A stretch of 64,000 nt of DNA from a virus. Position numbers and translations under genes: made by a program. The DNA is taken from positions 60,443 through 124,442 of the IMG/VR virus record IMGVR_UViG_3300031857_011362. One strand, written 5' to 3'. The notes beneath the pieces are model-generated. The model made no database searches and was not told the origin of the DNA. It was given only the letters and a program-made list of their open reading frames with translations. This document shows positions 10,135 to 19,769 of the stretch, one piece after another. Each line of letters opens with the position of its first letter. The first letter of the stretch is position 1.

Positions 10135-11218
10135 ATTCTCTGAGTTAAAAACTTTGCACATAGAGCTAACATCACGTTGTCAAGCTAGTTGCCCTATGTG
10201 TGCAAGAAACTATCATTCGGGACAAGAAAATACAAACTTACCTTTAGATGAAATTTCCGTAGATGATTTCAAAAGTATAGTTAATACAGAAGTGCTTTCT
10301 CAAATAGAATACATTTATTTTTGTGGTAACTACGGAGATCCGATAATATCTAACAACTTATTAGAGATAGTCTCTTATTGCAAAAGTCAGAAAGAAAACA
10401 TCAAGTTAGGAATACACACTAATGGTAGTGCAAGAACACCTGACTGGTGGAGTAAATTAGCAACGATATTGCCAACGGAACACAGTGTGCATTTTGCCTT
10501 AGATGGACTTGCTGACACTCATCACTTATACAGAGTAGGTACTAGCTTTGATAAAATTTTAGAAAATGCTAAGGCATTTATATCTGCAGGTGGACGTGCT
10601 GAATGGGTTTTCTTATCCTTCAAGCATAACGAACATCAAGTTGAAACAGCCAGACAGATGGCAAAAGATTTAGGGTTTGAAAAATTTACTCATAAAGCAA
10701 CTAGTAGATTTTTAGAAAAGCCGTGGTTAGATGTTATGAATGCGCAGGGTGAAGTATTATATAAAATTGAACCACCATCTGAGCATAAGATAACTTTCAT
10801 ACACCCTGATATTATCAAGTCTTATAAAAAGGTAGTCGAGACGGCATCCATCAACTGCAAAGCAATAAATACTAAATCATTGTATATTGATGCATTTAAG
10901 AATTTATGGCCCTGTTGTTGGATAGGAATGATACCGTATACTTATAGTAAGCCTGCAGATATTGTACATGAATATCAAACTGAACAGGCTAATGTTATTA
11001 ATGAACTAGTAACATCTATTGGGGGTTATGATTCAATAGACCTTCTTAAAAATTCAGTGAAGACAATTTTAGAAAACCCTGATTGGTCAACCGTGTGGGA
11101 GAAGTATTGGAATACACATAGTCTAGCAACATGCGCTAAGATATGTGGTACATTCCCAGAAAAAATAATCACACAATATGACGAACAATTTATCAAAGTA
11201 GAATCATTTAATGAGTAA
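10127..11218 (+). CDS. Radical SAM protein with C-terminal SPASM/twitch-like Cys
   Basis: CQASCPMC, GNYGDP, WPCCW, CAKIC. Confidence 0.9.
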   Translation: MFKFSELKTLHIELTSRCQASCPMCARNYHSGQENTNLPLDEISVDDFKSIVNTEVLSQIEYIYFCGNYGDPIISNNLLEIVSYCKSQKENIKLGIHTNGSARTPDWWSKLATILPTEHSVHFALDGLADTHHLYRVGTSFDKILENAKAFISAGGRAEWVFLSFKHNEHQVETARQMAKDLGFEKFTHKATSRFLEKPWLDVMNAQGEVLYKIEPPSEHKITFIHPDIIKSYKKVVETASINCKAINTKSLYIDAFKNLWPCCWIGMIPYTYSKPADIVHEYQTEQANVINELVTSIGGYDSIDLLKNSVKTILENPDWSTVWEKYWNTHSLATCAKICGTFPEKIITQYDEQFIKVESFNE

Positions 11219-12623
11219 CATATATTGGCTACAACCAGAAGATAACCTGTTAGGTAAATGGCAACGCAAAGTCGCAGACATATCAGGCAGCAATACCTTT
11301 TGTATCCTGCCCTGGATTCATTTTGCCACACGACCTAACGGCGATATGAGGCTGTGCTGTGGTTCTAATTCTAGTGGTGCAGGGTCAGACCATGAGATTG
11401 GATTAGTAAAGAATGAGGCCGGATCTCCTGCTAACTTTGGCAGCGAGACTCCCATGAGTGCATGGAACAATAGCTATATGCGTTCTGTTAGAACAACAAT
11501 GCTTAACGGTGAGATTCCTAGAAGCTGTACCAAATGCTTTGATGAAGAATCAAACGGTGTGGCTAGCAAGAGAATGTGGGAGTCTGGTACATGGATACAA
11601 GATGGTCTGGATGTTAAAGAACTTATCAAGCAAACAGAAGAAGACGGAACAGTTCCTGAAAAGCTATTATACTTAGACCTAAGATTAGGTCATAACTGTA
11701 ATATCAAATGTATTATGTGTAGCCCGCATGATTCGAGTAGATGGGTACAAGATTACAAAAAAGTGTTTCCTATACTTAAGTCACCTGAAATTAAATCTCA
11801 ACTGAGTTGGAATGAAGAATCATTCAATAACAAGTGGCACGAAAATCCAGACTTTTGGAAAGAGATGTATGCGCAAATCCCTAACTTAAAGCAAGTATAT
11901 TTTGCTGGTGGCGAACCTCTAATGATTAAAGAGCATAAGTTGTTCTTAGAGGAAATTGTTCGTCAAGGTTATGCTGATAAGATTCTAATTAGATACAACT
12001 CTAATGGATTGTTACTAGATGATAGCATTATTAAACTGTGGGAGAAGTTTAGAAAAGTTAAGTTTGCATGTAGTCAGGATATGTTTGGAGACAGAAACCA
12101 CTATATCAGATACCCAACAGAGTGGGACATTGTGGAAGAGAAGCTAGATATACTAGATAACACACAGGACAACATTGAAGTAAGCATTGCTACCGCGATA
12201 CAAATTTTAAACGTCAAGAAACTACCCGAGTTTGCTAAGTGGAAGATTCAAAAGAATTTTAAGAAAATAAACAAAGCAACTGTCATGGACGAGTCTGATG
12301 CAGGTGGTGGAATCTTTAACATGCATTTTGTTTATATCCCCACGTTTCTAAGTGTCAAAATATTGCCCGAAAAAGACAAGCAAGAAGTAAGAGAAATCTA
12401 CTCAGAGTTTAAGACTTGGCTGTGGGATAACTATAGACAAGACGATAACTTTTGGCATCATAACCCATATGGATGGAAACGTTGGCAAGCTGTATTGGAT
12501 TTTATGGACAGTGAAGACCATACTCATTTACTGCCGGCGTTCAAAGAGTATATAGAGACTATGGACAGTGTTAGGGGGAATAGTTTCAAAGAAACGTTCC
12601 CTGAGTTAAGTCACTTGATTTAA
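11211..12623 (+). CDS. Radical SAM protein with N-terminal twitch-like domain
   Basis: CILPW..RLCC..CTKC then CNIKCIMC, FAGGEP. Confidence 0.9.
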   Translation: MSNIYWLQPEDNLLGKWQRKVADISGSNTFCILPWIHFATRPNGDMRLCCGSNSSGAGSDHEIGLVKNEAGSPANFGSETPMSAWNNSYMRSVRTTMLNGEIPRSCTKCFDEESNGVASKRMWESGTWIQDGLDVKELIKQTEEDGTVPEKLLYLDLRLGHNCNIKCIMCSPHDSSRWVQDYKKVFPILKSPEIKSQLSWNEESFNNKWHENPDFWKEMYAQIPNLKQVYFAGGEPLMIKEHKLFLEEIVRQGYADKILIRYNSNGLLLDDSIIKLWEKFRKVKFACSQDMFGDRNHYIRYPTEWDIVEEKLDILDNTQDNIEVSIATAIQILNVKKLPEFAKWKIQKNFKKINKATVMDESDAGGGIFNMHFVYIPTFLSVKILPEKDKQEVREIYSEFKTWLWDNYRQDDNFWHHNPYGWKRWQAVLDFMDSEDHTHLLPAFKEYIETMDSVRGNSFKETFPELSHLI

Positions 12624-13508
12624 CTTTGTCAATGGTATATCTGCCGCGCACGTACAGTAATTCCTATCACAGATAACGGGCCCGGTGGGTATAACGAACG
12701 AGTTGGTATATATATTTCCTAATGTTCCACCAACTCTACACGTAGCCCGATGTACGTCACCGTCCCAGTTAATCATTAAACTTTCTAATCCTGCATTGCA
12801 ATGCCAACCTTTATATTGATTTAAATGCTTTTTAATCACATCATTGGCATGCATCATTAGTTCACGGTCCTTGTATATCAATACAGTATTAGGTTCTACT
12901 GTACTACTCTTACTCAGTATCCAATCTAAGTCGTTTTGGTCATACTTCATATCATCAAACAAATCGTGGTCACCTTCAGTCCAACGTATCCTACGTATAC
13001 CGTGATTAATAGTATGGTGCTCTAATAAGCCCGCCGCCGTCTTTACTTCTCGCATATGATTATGATGAGCCATAACATTAACTAACACGTGAGTGTGCAT
13101 AACAGTTTCATGGACAGCTTTGATAGTGTATAATACATTTAACCAATCATATTCAAAGTGTAGTGAGAACACCCATTGGTCTACTTGCTGAGATGTATAC
13201 CAGCTATCCTTTCTAGTTCCATTAGTAGTAATACTAAGCCAAAAGCCCTTACTCTTAATATATGCTATGAGTTCTTCTATACGAGGATGTACGCATGGTT
13301 CACCACCAGTTAAACTTAAGCGAATAGGTTTTTCTAAGTCACATAATCTATCTACAGTTGCCTTAAGTAGTTCAATATCGGTATGGGGACTAGAATTATC
13401 GTGTATAACTGACGGACAATAACTACAGTCATAGTTACAGCGTTTCCCTATGTTCCATTCAATCTTAATACTGTCCTGATGATTCCATCGACTTTTAACT
13501 TTATGCAT
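12606..13508 (-). CDS. Radical SAM protein
   Basis: CNYDCSYC, TGGEP, C-terminal CNAG..C..C..CTC. Confidence 0.9.
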   Translation of the reverse strand: MHKVKSRWNHQDSIKIEWNIGKRCNYDCSYCPSVIHDNSSPHTDIELLKATVDRLCDLEKPIRLSLTGGEPCVHPRIEELIAYIKSKGFWLSITTNGTRKDSWYTSQQVDQWVFSLHFEYDWLNVLYTIKAVHETVMHTHVLVNVMAHHNHMREVKTAAGLLEHHTINHGIRRIRWTEGDHDLFDDMKYDQNDLDWILSKSSTVEPNTVLIYKDRELMMHANDVIKKHLNQYKGWHCNAGLESLMINWDGDVHRATCRVGGTLGNIYTNSFVIPTGPVICDRNYCTCAADIPLTKLNQVT

Positions 13509-14754
13509 AGGGCTTAAACTCTGGAATCACTGTTAATAAACTTTGGTTACGACTACTATCTAGTTCATAGTTAAATGATAAAAAATCTTGCCACAAGTGA
13601 TGTTGATCCTTTGCACGTAAGTAATTGATATTGTCTTTTATCTGTTGCTGTGTTACCTTTTCTAGTATGGGGTGCTTAACAACATTACTAAATGTGTGGA
13701 CTTTTTTACTGACTGTTTCAAGACGTTGTATAGCTAATTCTTTGAGTTCATGTGGTAACACTTGTGCTGAAAGACAATTGGGATAGCTGACACGATGACT
13801 ATAGAACACAATATTCATCTTATTGATAAAATAGTCAATGCATTCAGCTGCCTGCAGTATATTACCTGCTTGTGCTGTAAACGCACCCACTACACGACTT
13901 ACATTGGTTATTGTTTGAATTTCTTTTATATTTCTTTCTACCTCAGTAAAGTCACCGTTGCCTCTTATGTAGTCATACACATCGTTGATTCCATCTAGAC
14001 TAACATTAACTGCAATGCTTCTAAAGTGTGGCCAATAATCATGTATTGTGCGTCCCTTACTGATACCAAGTGTGGTCCCGTTAGTAGCATATTTGAGTTC
14101 AATGTTTTTACCATATGGTTTTAACATGTCTAGTATCTTATAATGTTGCGGGTCCATTAATGGCTCACCACCTGCAAATTCTACTCGCCTAAAGTGTGGT
14201 AGTAATTTTTCAAAGCTAGCCCACCAGTTGTCAGTGTCATCAAATGCACCTATATACTTGCCGGGCTTGTTTACCAATGATTCAATTGTGGGTACTAAAA
14301 AGTTATTTTCTTTTTTATAAAAGGGTACAACTTTATCCCAATCCGTCCAATTAGTGCTATCTAATGGATTGCACATGCGACATTTCAAGTTGCATAGATT
14401 GTTAAGTTTAATTTCCATCGTAGGAAATGTGAAGGGCAGTATTTCTTGTAGAGGCGTATCTGGATACAAGTTGATTCGTGCTTCGGGAATGACTCCATTA
14501 ATATGTCGCTGACGTAGACTTTCTACGCCCTGATCTTCTAAATCAAAGCAAGGCTTGCATACCTCAGGACGTTCTCCACACAGTACTTGCCTACGAACAA
14601 GTTGCATTGTATCATTATTCCAAATTTCTTCTAGTGTGTTATCTGCTATATTACCAATTGGTGCACTACGACAACAGACTTTAACTGCCCCATCTTCACG
14701 TGTAGCTAGCCCGGTAAAAGGATGCATACAAAACGTTTTACTTTGATTGTTCAA
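13501..14754 (-). CDS. Radical SAM protein with N-terminal twitch-like domain
   Basis: CMHPF..KVCC..CKPC then CNLKCRMC, FAGGEP; TTG start inferred. Confidence 0.88.
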   Translation of the reverse strand: MNNQSKTFCMHPFTGLATREDGAVKVCCRSAPIGNIADNTLEEIWNNDTMQLVRRQVLCGERPEVCKPCFDLEDQGVESLRQRHINGVIPEARINLYPDTPLQEILPFTFPTMEIKLNNLCNLKCRMCNPLDSTNWTDWDKVVPFYKKENNFLVPTIESLVNKPGKYIGAFDDTDNWWASFEKLLPHFRRVEFAGGEPLMDPQHYKILDMLKPYGKNIELKYATNGTTLGISKGRTIHDYWPHFRSIAVNVSLDGINDVYDYIRGNGDFTEVERNIKEIQTITNVSRVVGAFTAQAGNILQAAECIDYFINKMNIVFYSHRVSYPNCLSAQVLPHELKELAIQRLETVSKKVHTFSNVVKHPILEKVTQQQIKDNINYLRAKDQHHLWQDFLSFNYELDSSRNQSLLTVIPEFKPYA

Positions 14755-15439
14755 TTGCCCACTCTCTTTCCTTACACCAAAAACATGTATTACACAACGG
14801 AACATATTGTCCTGTTATGTAATTTTTATAATTTAAATCGTCAAACACGCCTTCACAACTTCTAGTTAGTTCAAACAGTTCTAGTAAGTTTTGCTTTCTA
14901 TACTCAGTTAGTATTTCTTTCTTTTCTAAGAATCTAAAAGGATGAATGGCAAGTTTACCCATATGAGTAGTATACTCTAAATGCTTATTGTACTCCGTGG
15001 GGTCAATGTCTCTAGTATGCATCCCGTCAAATTCTACAGCTTTTGGATTTCGTGTCACCGCGTTATAATATACGTCAATGTCATGTGAATAGCATATGTA
15101 TTCAGCAAAAGAACGTAACTCAATATTATCGCCGCTGACTGTCTTTCCATATTCGTCAGTTAGAGTGGGTCCTAAGGCTCCCCACTCCATTTCTGGCGGG
15201 ATAAAGTTTTCATGCCTAAACATCTTAACGTTAGGAAACTTAATCTGTAACCAATTATATATACCAAGAGCATCATTTCTTTGCCAGGGCTTTGTTTTCC
15301 AGCATCTGACATGTGATATTATATGTAGTTCTTGATTGGTTATTTGCTGACATATGAGAAATGCTAGCAATGCACTATCGGCACCACCACTTAGACTAAT
15401 AGATATCTTGTTCCAACTATTATCAAAGTGAATATTCAT
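14738..15439 (-). CDS. QueC-like PP-loop ATP pyrophosphatase
   Basis: SLSGGADS PP-loop, TRSC..CNTCFWC Zn-type Cys cluster. Confidence 0.75.
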   Translation of the reverse strand: MNIHFDNSWNKISISLSGGADSALLAFLICQQITNQELHIISHVRCWKTKPWQRNDALGIYNWLQIKFPNVKMFRHENFIPPEMEWGALGPTLTDEYGKTVSGDNIELRSFAEYICYSHDIDVYYNAVTRNPKAVEFDGMHTRDIDPTEYNKHLEYTTHMGKLAIHPFRFLEKKEILTEYRKQNLLELFELTRSCEGVFDDLNYKNYITGQYVPLCNTCFWCKEREWAIEQSK

Positions 15440-15478
15440 GTATATATTTATTAGCTACCTTACAGTCTTATAAATAAT

Positions 15479-16165
15479 ATGATGCTTAAAGAATTAAATC
15501 ACACTGTACCAAAAGATATTCTAGATAAAGCCATGGCAGAATTTTCTTATAGTGACTTTAAGACACCTATTAATGAGCCCACTGGTAACTTTTTCTATAG
15601 TCCATGGACTATTAGACCAGAGTTTAAAGATACTGTATGGGAATATATCTTACAAACTCTGCCCTATTCAATTGGGGAAGCAAGATTAATAAACTTAAAA
15701 TACGGAACATGCTATCAAAGTCATGCTGATATAGATGATAGATATCATTTAAACATACAGGGTGACATTTCTGCACTGATTAATTTAGAGACAAACACAA
15801 TGTATCCTGTAACTACAGATGGTAAATGGTACGAAATGGATGCGTCAAATAGACACAGCGCCGCAAACTTTGGATATGTAGAAAGAATACAGTTGGTAGT
15901 TAGAAAGCTGTTAAACAAGAATGATATATCAAATCCAACAATGATTGTTATAAAGAGTAAAACGGATAATGAATTTAGCAATAGATTTCTATTCGATAAT
16001 CAGATAAGCGGAGTTCTCAACAGCTACAACAAAAACAATATTATTACAGATTTCAATCCTACTAGCAAAGAAGTCAGACTCTGTATTAATTCAGATTACA
16101 TTAGTGAATTAGAATCTAAAATGTCTGAAAACTTCTATATAGAACATATCAAGGAACAACAATGA
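15479..16165 (+). CDS. Asp/Asn beta-hydroxylase-like 2OG-Fe(II) oxygenase
   Basis: SHAD..RYHL..HSAAN..R..LV. Confidence 0.7.
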   Translation: MMLKELNHTVPKDILDKAMAEFSYSDFKTPINEPTGNFFYSPWTIRPEFKDTVWEYILQTLPYSIGEARLINLKYGTCYQSHADIDDRYHLNIQGDISALINLETNTMYPVTTDGKWYEMDASNRHSAANFGYVERIQLVVRKLLNKNDISNPTMIVIKSKTDNEFSNRFLFDNQISGVLNSYNKNNIITDFNPTSKEVRLCINSDYISELESKMSENFYIEHIKEQQ

Positions 16166-16854
16166 TTAACAATACCGGATGGGAATATATTTACAAATTA
16201 ACGAACGGCTACCCCTGTTCTACTAATGTACTATATACTCCTACTACGAATGCACAACGTGACCGAATGTGTATGCACTTTTCCACATATTCTCCTGAAT
16301 ATATGACTGGTAGTTGCGTACCACGATCAGATGAGCTTATGGACTCATTCTTTCAACGTGAATTAAAGTATTTAAGTCTATTTCAGGGTCAAGCCTGGTG
16401 TCCTGAAATATATGAAGTTGATGCAACTGAGAGAAAGATTCTAGTAGAGTTTAATGGCGAAAGTTTAAACTGGCCTGTATATACTGAGGGTAGAGATTTA
16501 AATCATGAATTCCCGTCATGGAAAGAAGACTTGTACAATATTATTAAAAGTATTCATGATTTGGGTTATCATAAGGCATCTATATATCCCCATTGCTTCT
16601 TCTATACAAAGACTAACCAGCTTAAAATGGTAGACTATTATGCAACATTAGATAAAAATGACACAAGAATGCATAAAAGCCTTATTGAGCCAATCATTGG
16701 TGTAGATAGTCAGCAACGTTTTATAGAAGTTAAAGACGGTGATTACTATGAAATGGCAGATCACTTTAAGAATTCAATGAAGACTTGGATTAAATGGCCG
16801 GACGATCCTTTACCAGAATTCTATGATAGAATTATTCAAGGAATTTCAACATGA
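16162..16854 (+). CDS. Protein-kinase-like fold protein, catalytic loop degenerate
   Basis: RELKYL, PEIY, IH.LGYH..SIYP, MVDY; paralog of 22336..23019. Confidence 0.5.
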   Translation: MINNTGWEYIYKLTNGYPCSTNVLYTPTTNAQRDRMCMHFSTYSPEYMTGSCVPRSDELMDSFFQRELKYLSLFQGQAWCPEIYEVDATERKILVEFNGESLNWPVYTEGRDLNHEFPSWKEDLYNIIKSIHDLGYHKASIYPHCFFYTKTNQLKMVDYYATLDKNDTRMHKSLIEPIIGVDSQQRFIEVKDGDYYEMADHFKNSMKTWIKWPDDPLPEFYDRIIQGIST

Positions 16855-17402
16855 CACCAGTTAATGCAGAATATATAACAGTCGATGTACCCTTTGACTG
16901 GGCTAGTATATTAGACAGTTTAAAAGATAAAGAGGGTGTTGACATAACACCTGATCCTAGCATTTGGAGAATGGAAGTTCCTGCATACACTGAGATATTA
17001 AATATCTGGAAAGATGCAAATTACAAACTTGATTCTGTCAAATGGACTAACTATTACCCGGGCGAACATTACGATACGGGCGATATTGACGAAACACTAT
17101 GTAAGATACTTAATGTACAATTAAGACGTAGTTGGATAAGTAGAATTGATCCGGGTTATTCAGCACCCTGGCATTGGGATGTTGAAGATGACCCGGAAGA
17201 AGTGGGTGATGCACTACGATATACTGTATTCTTGGGAGACGCTAAATTAGGACATATCTTTATATTAGGTGAAGAAGATTACTTTTTCAATGTTAAACAC
17301 GGAACAATGATTAAGTGGAATAGATATGATGAGTGGCATATAGGAATGAATGCAGGATTAGTTCCTAAATATATGTATCACCTTAAAGCTAAACGTCTTT
17401 AA
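16851..17402 (+). CDS. 2OG-Fe(II) oxygenase-like protein
   Basis: PWHWD..WHIGMN. Confidence 0.7.
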   Translation: MTPVNAEYITVDVPFDWASILDSLKDKEGVDITPDPSIWRMEVPAYTEILNIWKDANYKLDSVKWTNYYPGEHYDTGDIDETLCKILNVQLRRSWISRIDPGYSAPWHWDVEDDPEEVGDALRYTVFLGDAKLGHIFILGEEDYFFNVKHGTMIKWNRYDEWHIGMNAGLVPKYMYHLKAKRL

Positions 17403-17940
17403 GCATTCTCCACTTGCTTAATCTATTGTTATTTACTTTATCTACATAAATTAAAGGTATATCAATATTAGACTCAATGATGAATTTAATTGTTTCAACA
17501 ATATCATCGGGGTCTATTTTGACATCTTCTTCTACTCCAAATCTTTGAAACCCGCTGGTTATTAAGTGTGTAGTTTTTATATGTTCGCTAGCTAATTCTA
17601 AGCTAGCATTTCTTATAGACAGTTTTTCATTACCAGTCACTGGATCAAGGTGTTTCCACTCGTCAAATTCTAATATAGTTCCTATACTAATGATATGTCC
17701 GTTGTCTAATATACTAGCAACATCACGTAATGCTCTTTCTTGAAACCCCAATTCAATCTGTGAATGATTAATAAACACATTAAATTCTTTAACTATATTA
17801 AGAAATCTATTATATCCTTCAACTGTTTTTAAATCATACCCCGTAGTTCTACTGATAAACACTGTGTCAGGGTAATACTTCAACAAACTTTTAGTGATGC
17901 CACCGTGATTAGGATCACCTGTGCATATAATCTTAGTCAT
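17389..17940 (-). CDS. Short-chain dehydrogenase/reductase-like protein
   Basis: N-terminal TG..GG, VFINHS, IISIG. Confidence 0.55.
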   Translation of the reverse strand: MTKIICTGDPNHGGITKSLLKYYPDTVFISRTTGYDLKTVEGYNRFLNIVKEFNVFINHSQIELGFQERALRDVASILDNGHIISIGTILEFDEWKHLDPVTGNEKLSIRNASLELASEHIKTTHLITSGFQRFGVEEDVKIDPDDIVETIKFIIESNIDIPLIYVDKVNNNRLSKWRMLKDV

Positions 17941-18457
17941 ATAATGTAATTTGCAAGGTATATCTTACTGTATAGCTAATGTTAACACACCCGTGAATGC
18001 ATTCAGGGTCACTCCATTCAAAGATATCACCTGCTTTATAGTTAGTTGCTAGAAAGTCATCAAACATGAATATATGCCCGGGTACATAGTCTTGTAAAAA
18101 CATAGAATAACGTACAGGGTTCTTTACGCCTATTAAATGAGGATCAATGTGCATAGTTTGCATTTGTCCGGGTAATAATTTGATAAACCACCAGTGCATA
18201 TGAGTTCTAGACTCGGGTACTATAGGCATAGTAACCGGGAAGTCTTGCATATCTTTGCTTCTAGAATTAAATTGTTGGAAATACGGAGTGCTAGTTTCAA
18301 AGAAAGGTCTAGCAGTTTCTCTGAATATATCTAGTGTTGGGTGCCCCGTCCATCTTTCAGGTTGCCATACGGGAATTGTATCACCCTTTTTATCTGCTAG
18401 ATGATTCATTAAATCACTGGTTATCCAGGCTTTATCATTGTTAACGTAATTGAACAT
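17933..18457 (-). CDS. 2OG-Fe(II) oxygenase-like protein
   Basis: MHID..IHGCVN..RY.LQ. Confidence 0.7.
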   Translation of the reverse strand: MFNYVNNDKAWITSDLMNHLADKKGDTIPVWQPERWTGHPTLDIFRETARPFFETSTPYFQQFNSRSKDMQDFPVTMPIVPESRTHMHWWFIKLLPGQMQTMHIDPHLIGVKNPVRYSMFLQDYVPGHIFMFDDFLATNYKAGDIFEWSDPECIHGCVNISYTVRYTLQITLYD

Positions 18458-18966
18458 TATGTGTAATATTGAAAATTTAGTGTATAGCGTGGAATGCCCA
18501 TACTTATATTAAATGCACCATGACGGTCGGACTCGTTAGTATACTCAAACACATCGCCCGCTTTATAGTCTTTGATAAAATCATGTTCTATGATAAAAAT
18601 ATGTCCTTCAACATAGTCTTGTAACGGCATCCAAAATCGTCTAACAGTCATATCTGCTAAGTGATTCTGCGGTGCATGGTCTTTGTGAAACGGTATGAAA
18701 TTGCCACAACCCATCTTAACAAACCACCAATCAGTGTGTTCACTTAGACCTAGTGGTGGTGTTAGTTTAAACGGAAAGCTACGACTCTCATAACTCTCCC
18801 AAAAGGTATCTTCTAGTTTATATCCATAACCTCTTAGCTTATCTAGTGGATTACCAGATCCATACTCTTTTGGATCAATTCTAGGATGTTTCTCTCCGTT
18901 GTTATTACTTAGATAGTCTATCCACTGTGGATTAATCCAATCTTTAAAATTTCCTATATATTCCAT
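18457..18966 (-). CDS. 2OG-Fe(II) oxygenase-like protein
   Basis: FHKD..RHGAFN..RY. Confidence 0.7.
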   Translation of the reverse strand: MEYIGNFKDWINPQWIDYLSNNNGEKHPRIDPKEYGSGNPLDKLRGYGYKLEDTFWESYESRSFPFKLTPPLGLSEHTDWWFVKMGCGNFIPFHKDHAPQNHLADMTVRRFWMPLQDYVEGHIFIIEHDFIKDYKAGDVFEYTNESDRHGAFNISMGIPRYTLNFQYYT

Positions 18967-19769
18967 TAGTATGTCTCCAAATGATCTATGCCTAATTTTT
19001 TACGAAAGTCTTCAGTAAACTTACCGTCGATTCGTAGTCCATAACTCTGTTCCATAATACGCTCTCCGCCATGCCAGTCTGTATCATTCCACCAGGCTGC
19101 ACGTGTATTCAAATATGTTTTATCTTTGTTCTCTGGATCCCATAGATAAAAGGCTTTCTTAGTGTTAGGGCGTACATGTATAAATTCATTACGATGTGGC
19201 TTAACTATATTAACTCCGTTCTTAGCATCTAAGTCTCTGTGTTCAAATGGGATACCATCATGTTCACAGTGAAAGAATATAACACGACCAATGTCTTCAA
19301 ACACTGGACCAACTAAACTCTCGACCCATTTGACTACGTTAGGAAAGTATTGAGCCTCAGGTGTAAGTTTGCGCACTGCTGTTCTATCATCCCATGAACC
19401 TTCTTCCCATAAATAGTAGTATATATACGGGTCATACGCACCCATACTCATTTTTAAGTATCGTGTAAATATGTTTCGTTCTTGGAAGTTTTTAAAGTCC
19501 TTAGGCATTACTTCTAATCCTGCAATTTTAATAGGGTCAGTGTCGGGTAGCTTCATAAACTCTTGCATTGACTCGTAGATCGGTTTCCAATGAATCCTGT
19601 AGCTCATTTTCTCAAAGGTAAAGCCGGGTTCCATCCACGTTCCTTCTTTTGCAAACATTCTTGCTTCTGCAAATCCTTTGTATATCTCTGGTTGCATTTT
19701 ATCAAATGCATTCATATCTAGATATGAAGTCATATCGATATATGGTTGATTGTTAATACCTTTAATCAT
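18966..19769 (-). CDS. 2OG-Fe(II)/cupin oxygenase-like protein
   Basis: EHRD..WHGG..LRIDG. Confidence 0.55.
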   Translation of the reverse strand: MIKGINNQPYIDMTSYLDMNAFDKMQPEIYKGFAEARMFAKEGTWMEPGFTFEKMSYRIHWKPIYESMQEFMKLPDTDPIKIAGLEVMPKDFKNFQERNIFTRYLKMSMGAYDPYIYYYLWEEGSWDDRTAVRKLTPEAQYFPNVVKWVESLVGPVFEDIGRVIFFHCEHDGIPFEHRDLDAKNGVNIVKPHRNEFIHVRPNTKKAFYLWDPENKDKTYLNTRAAWWNDTDWHGGERIMEQSYGLRIDGKFTEDFRKKLGIDHLETY

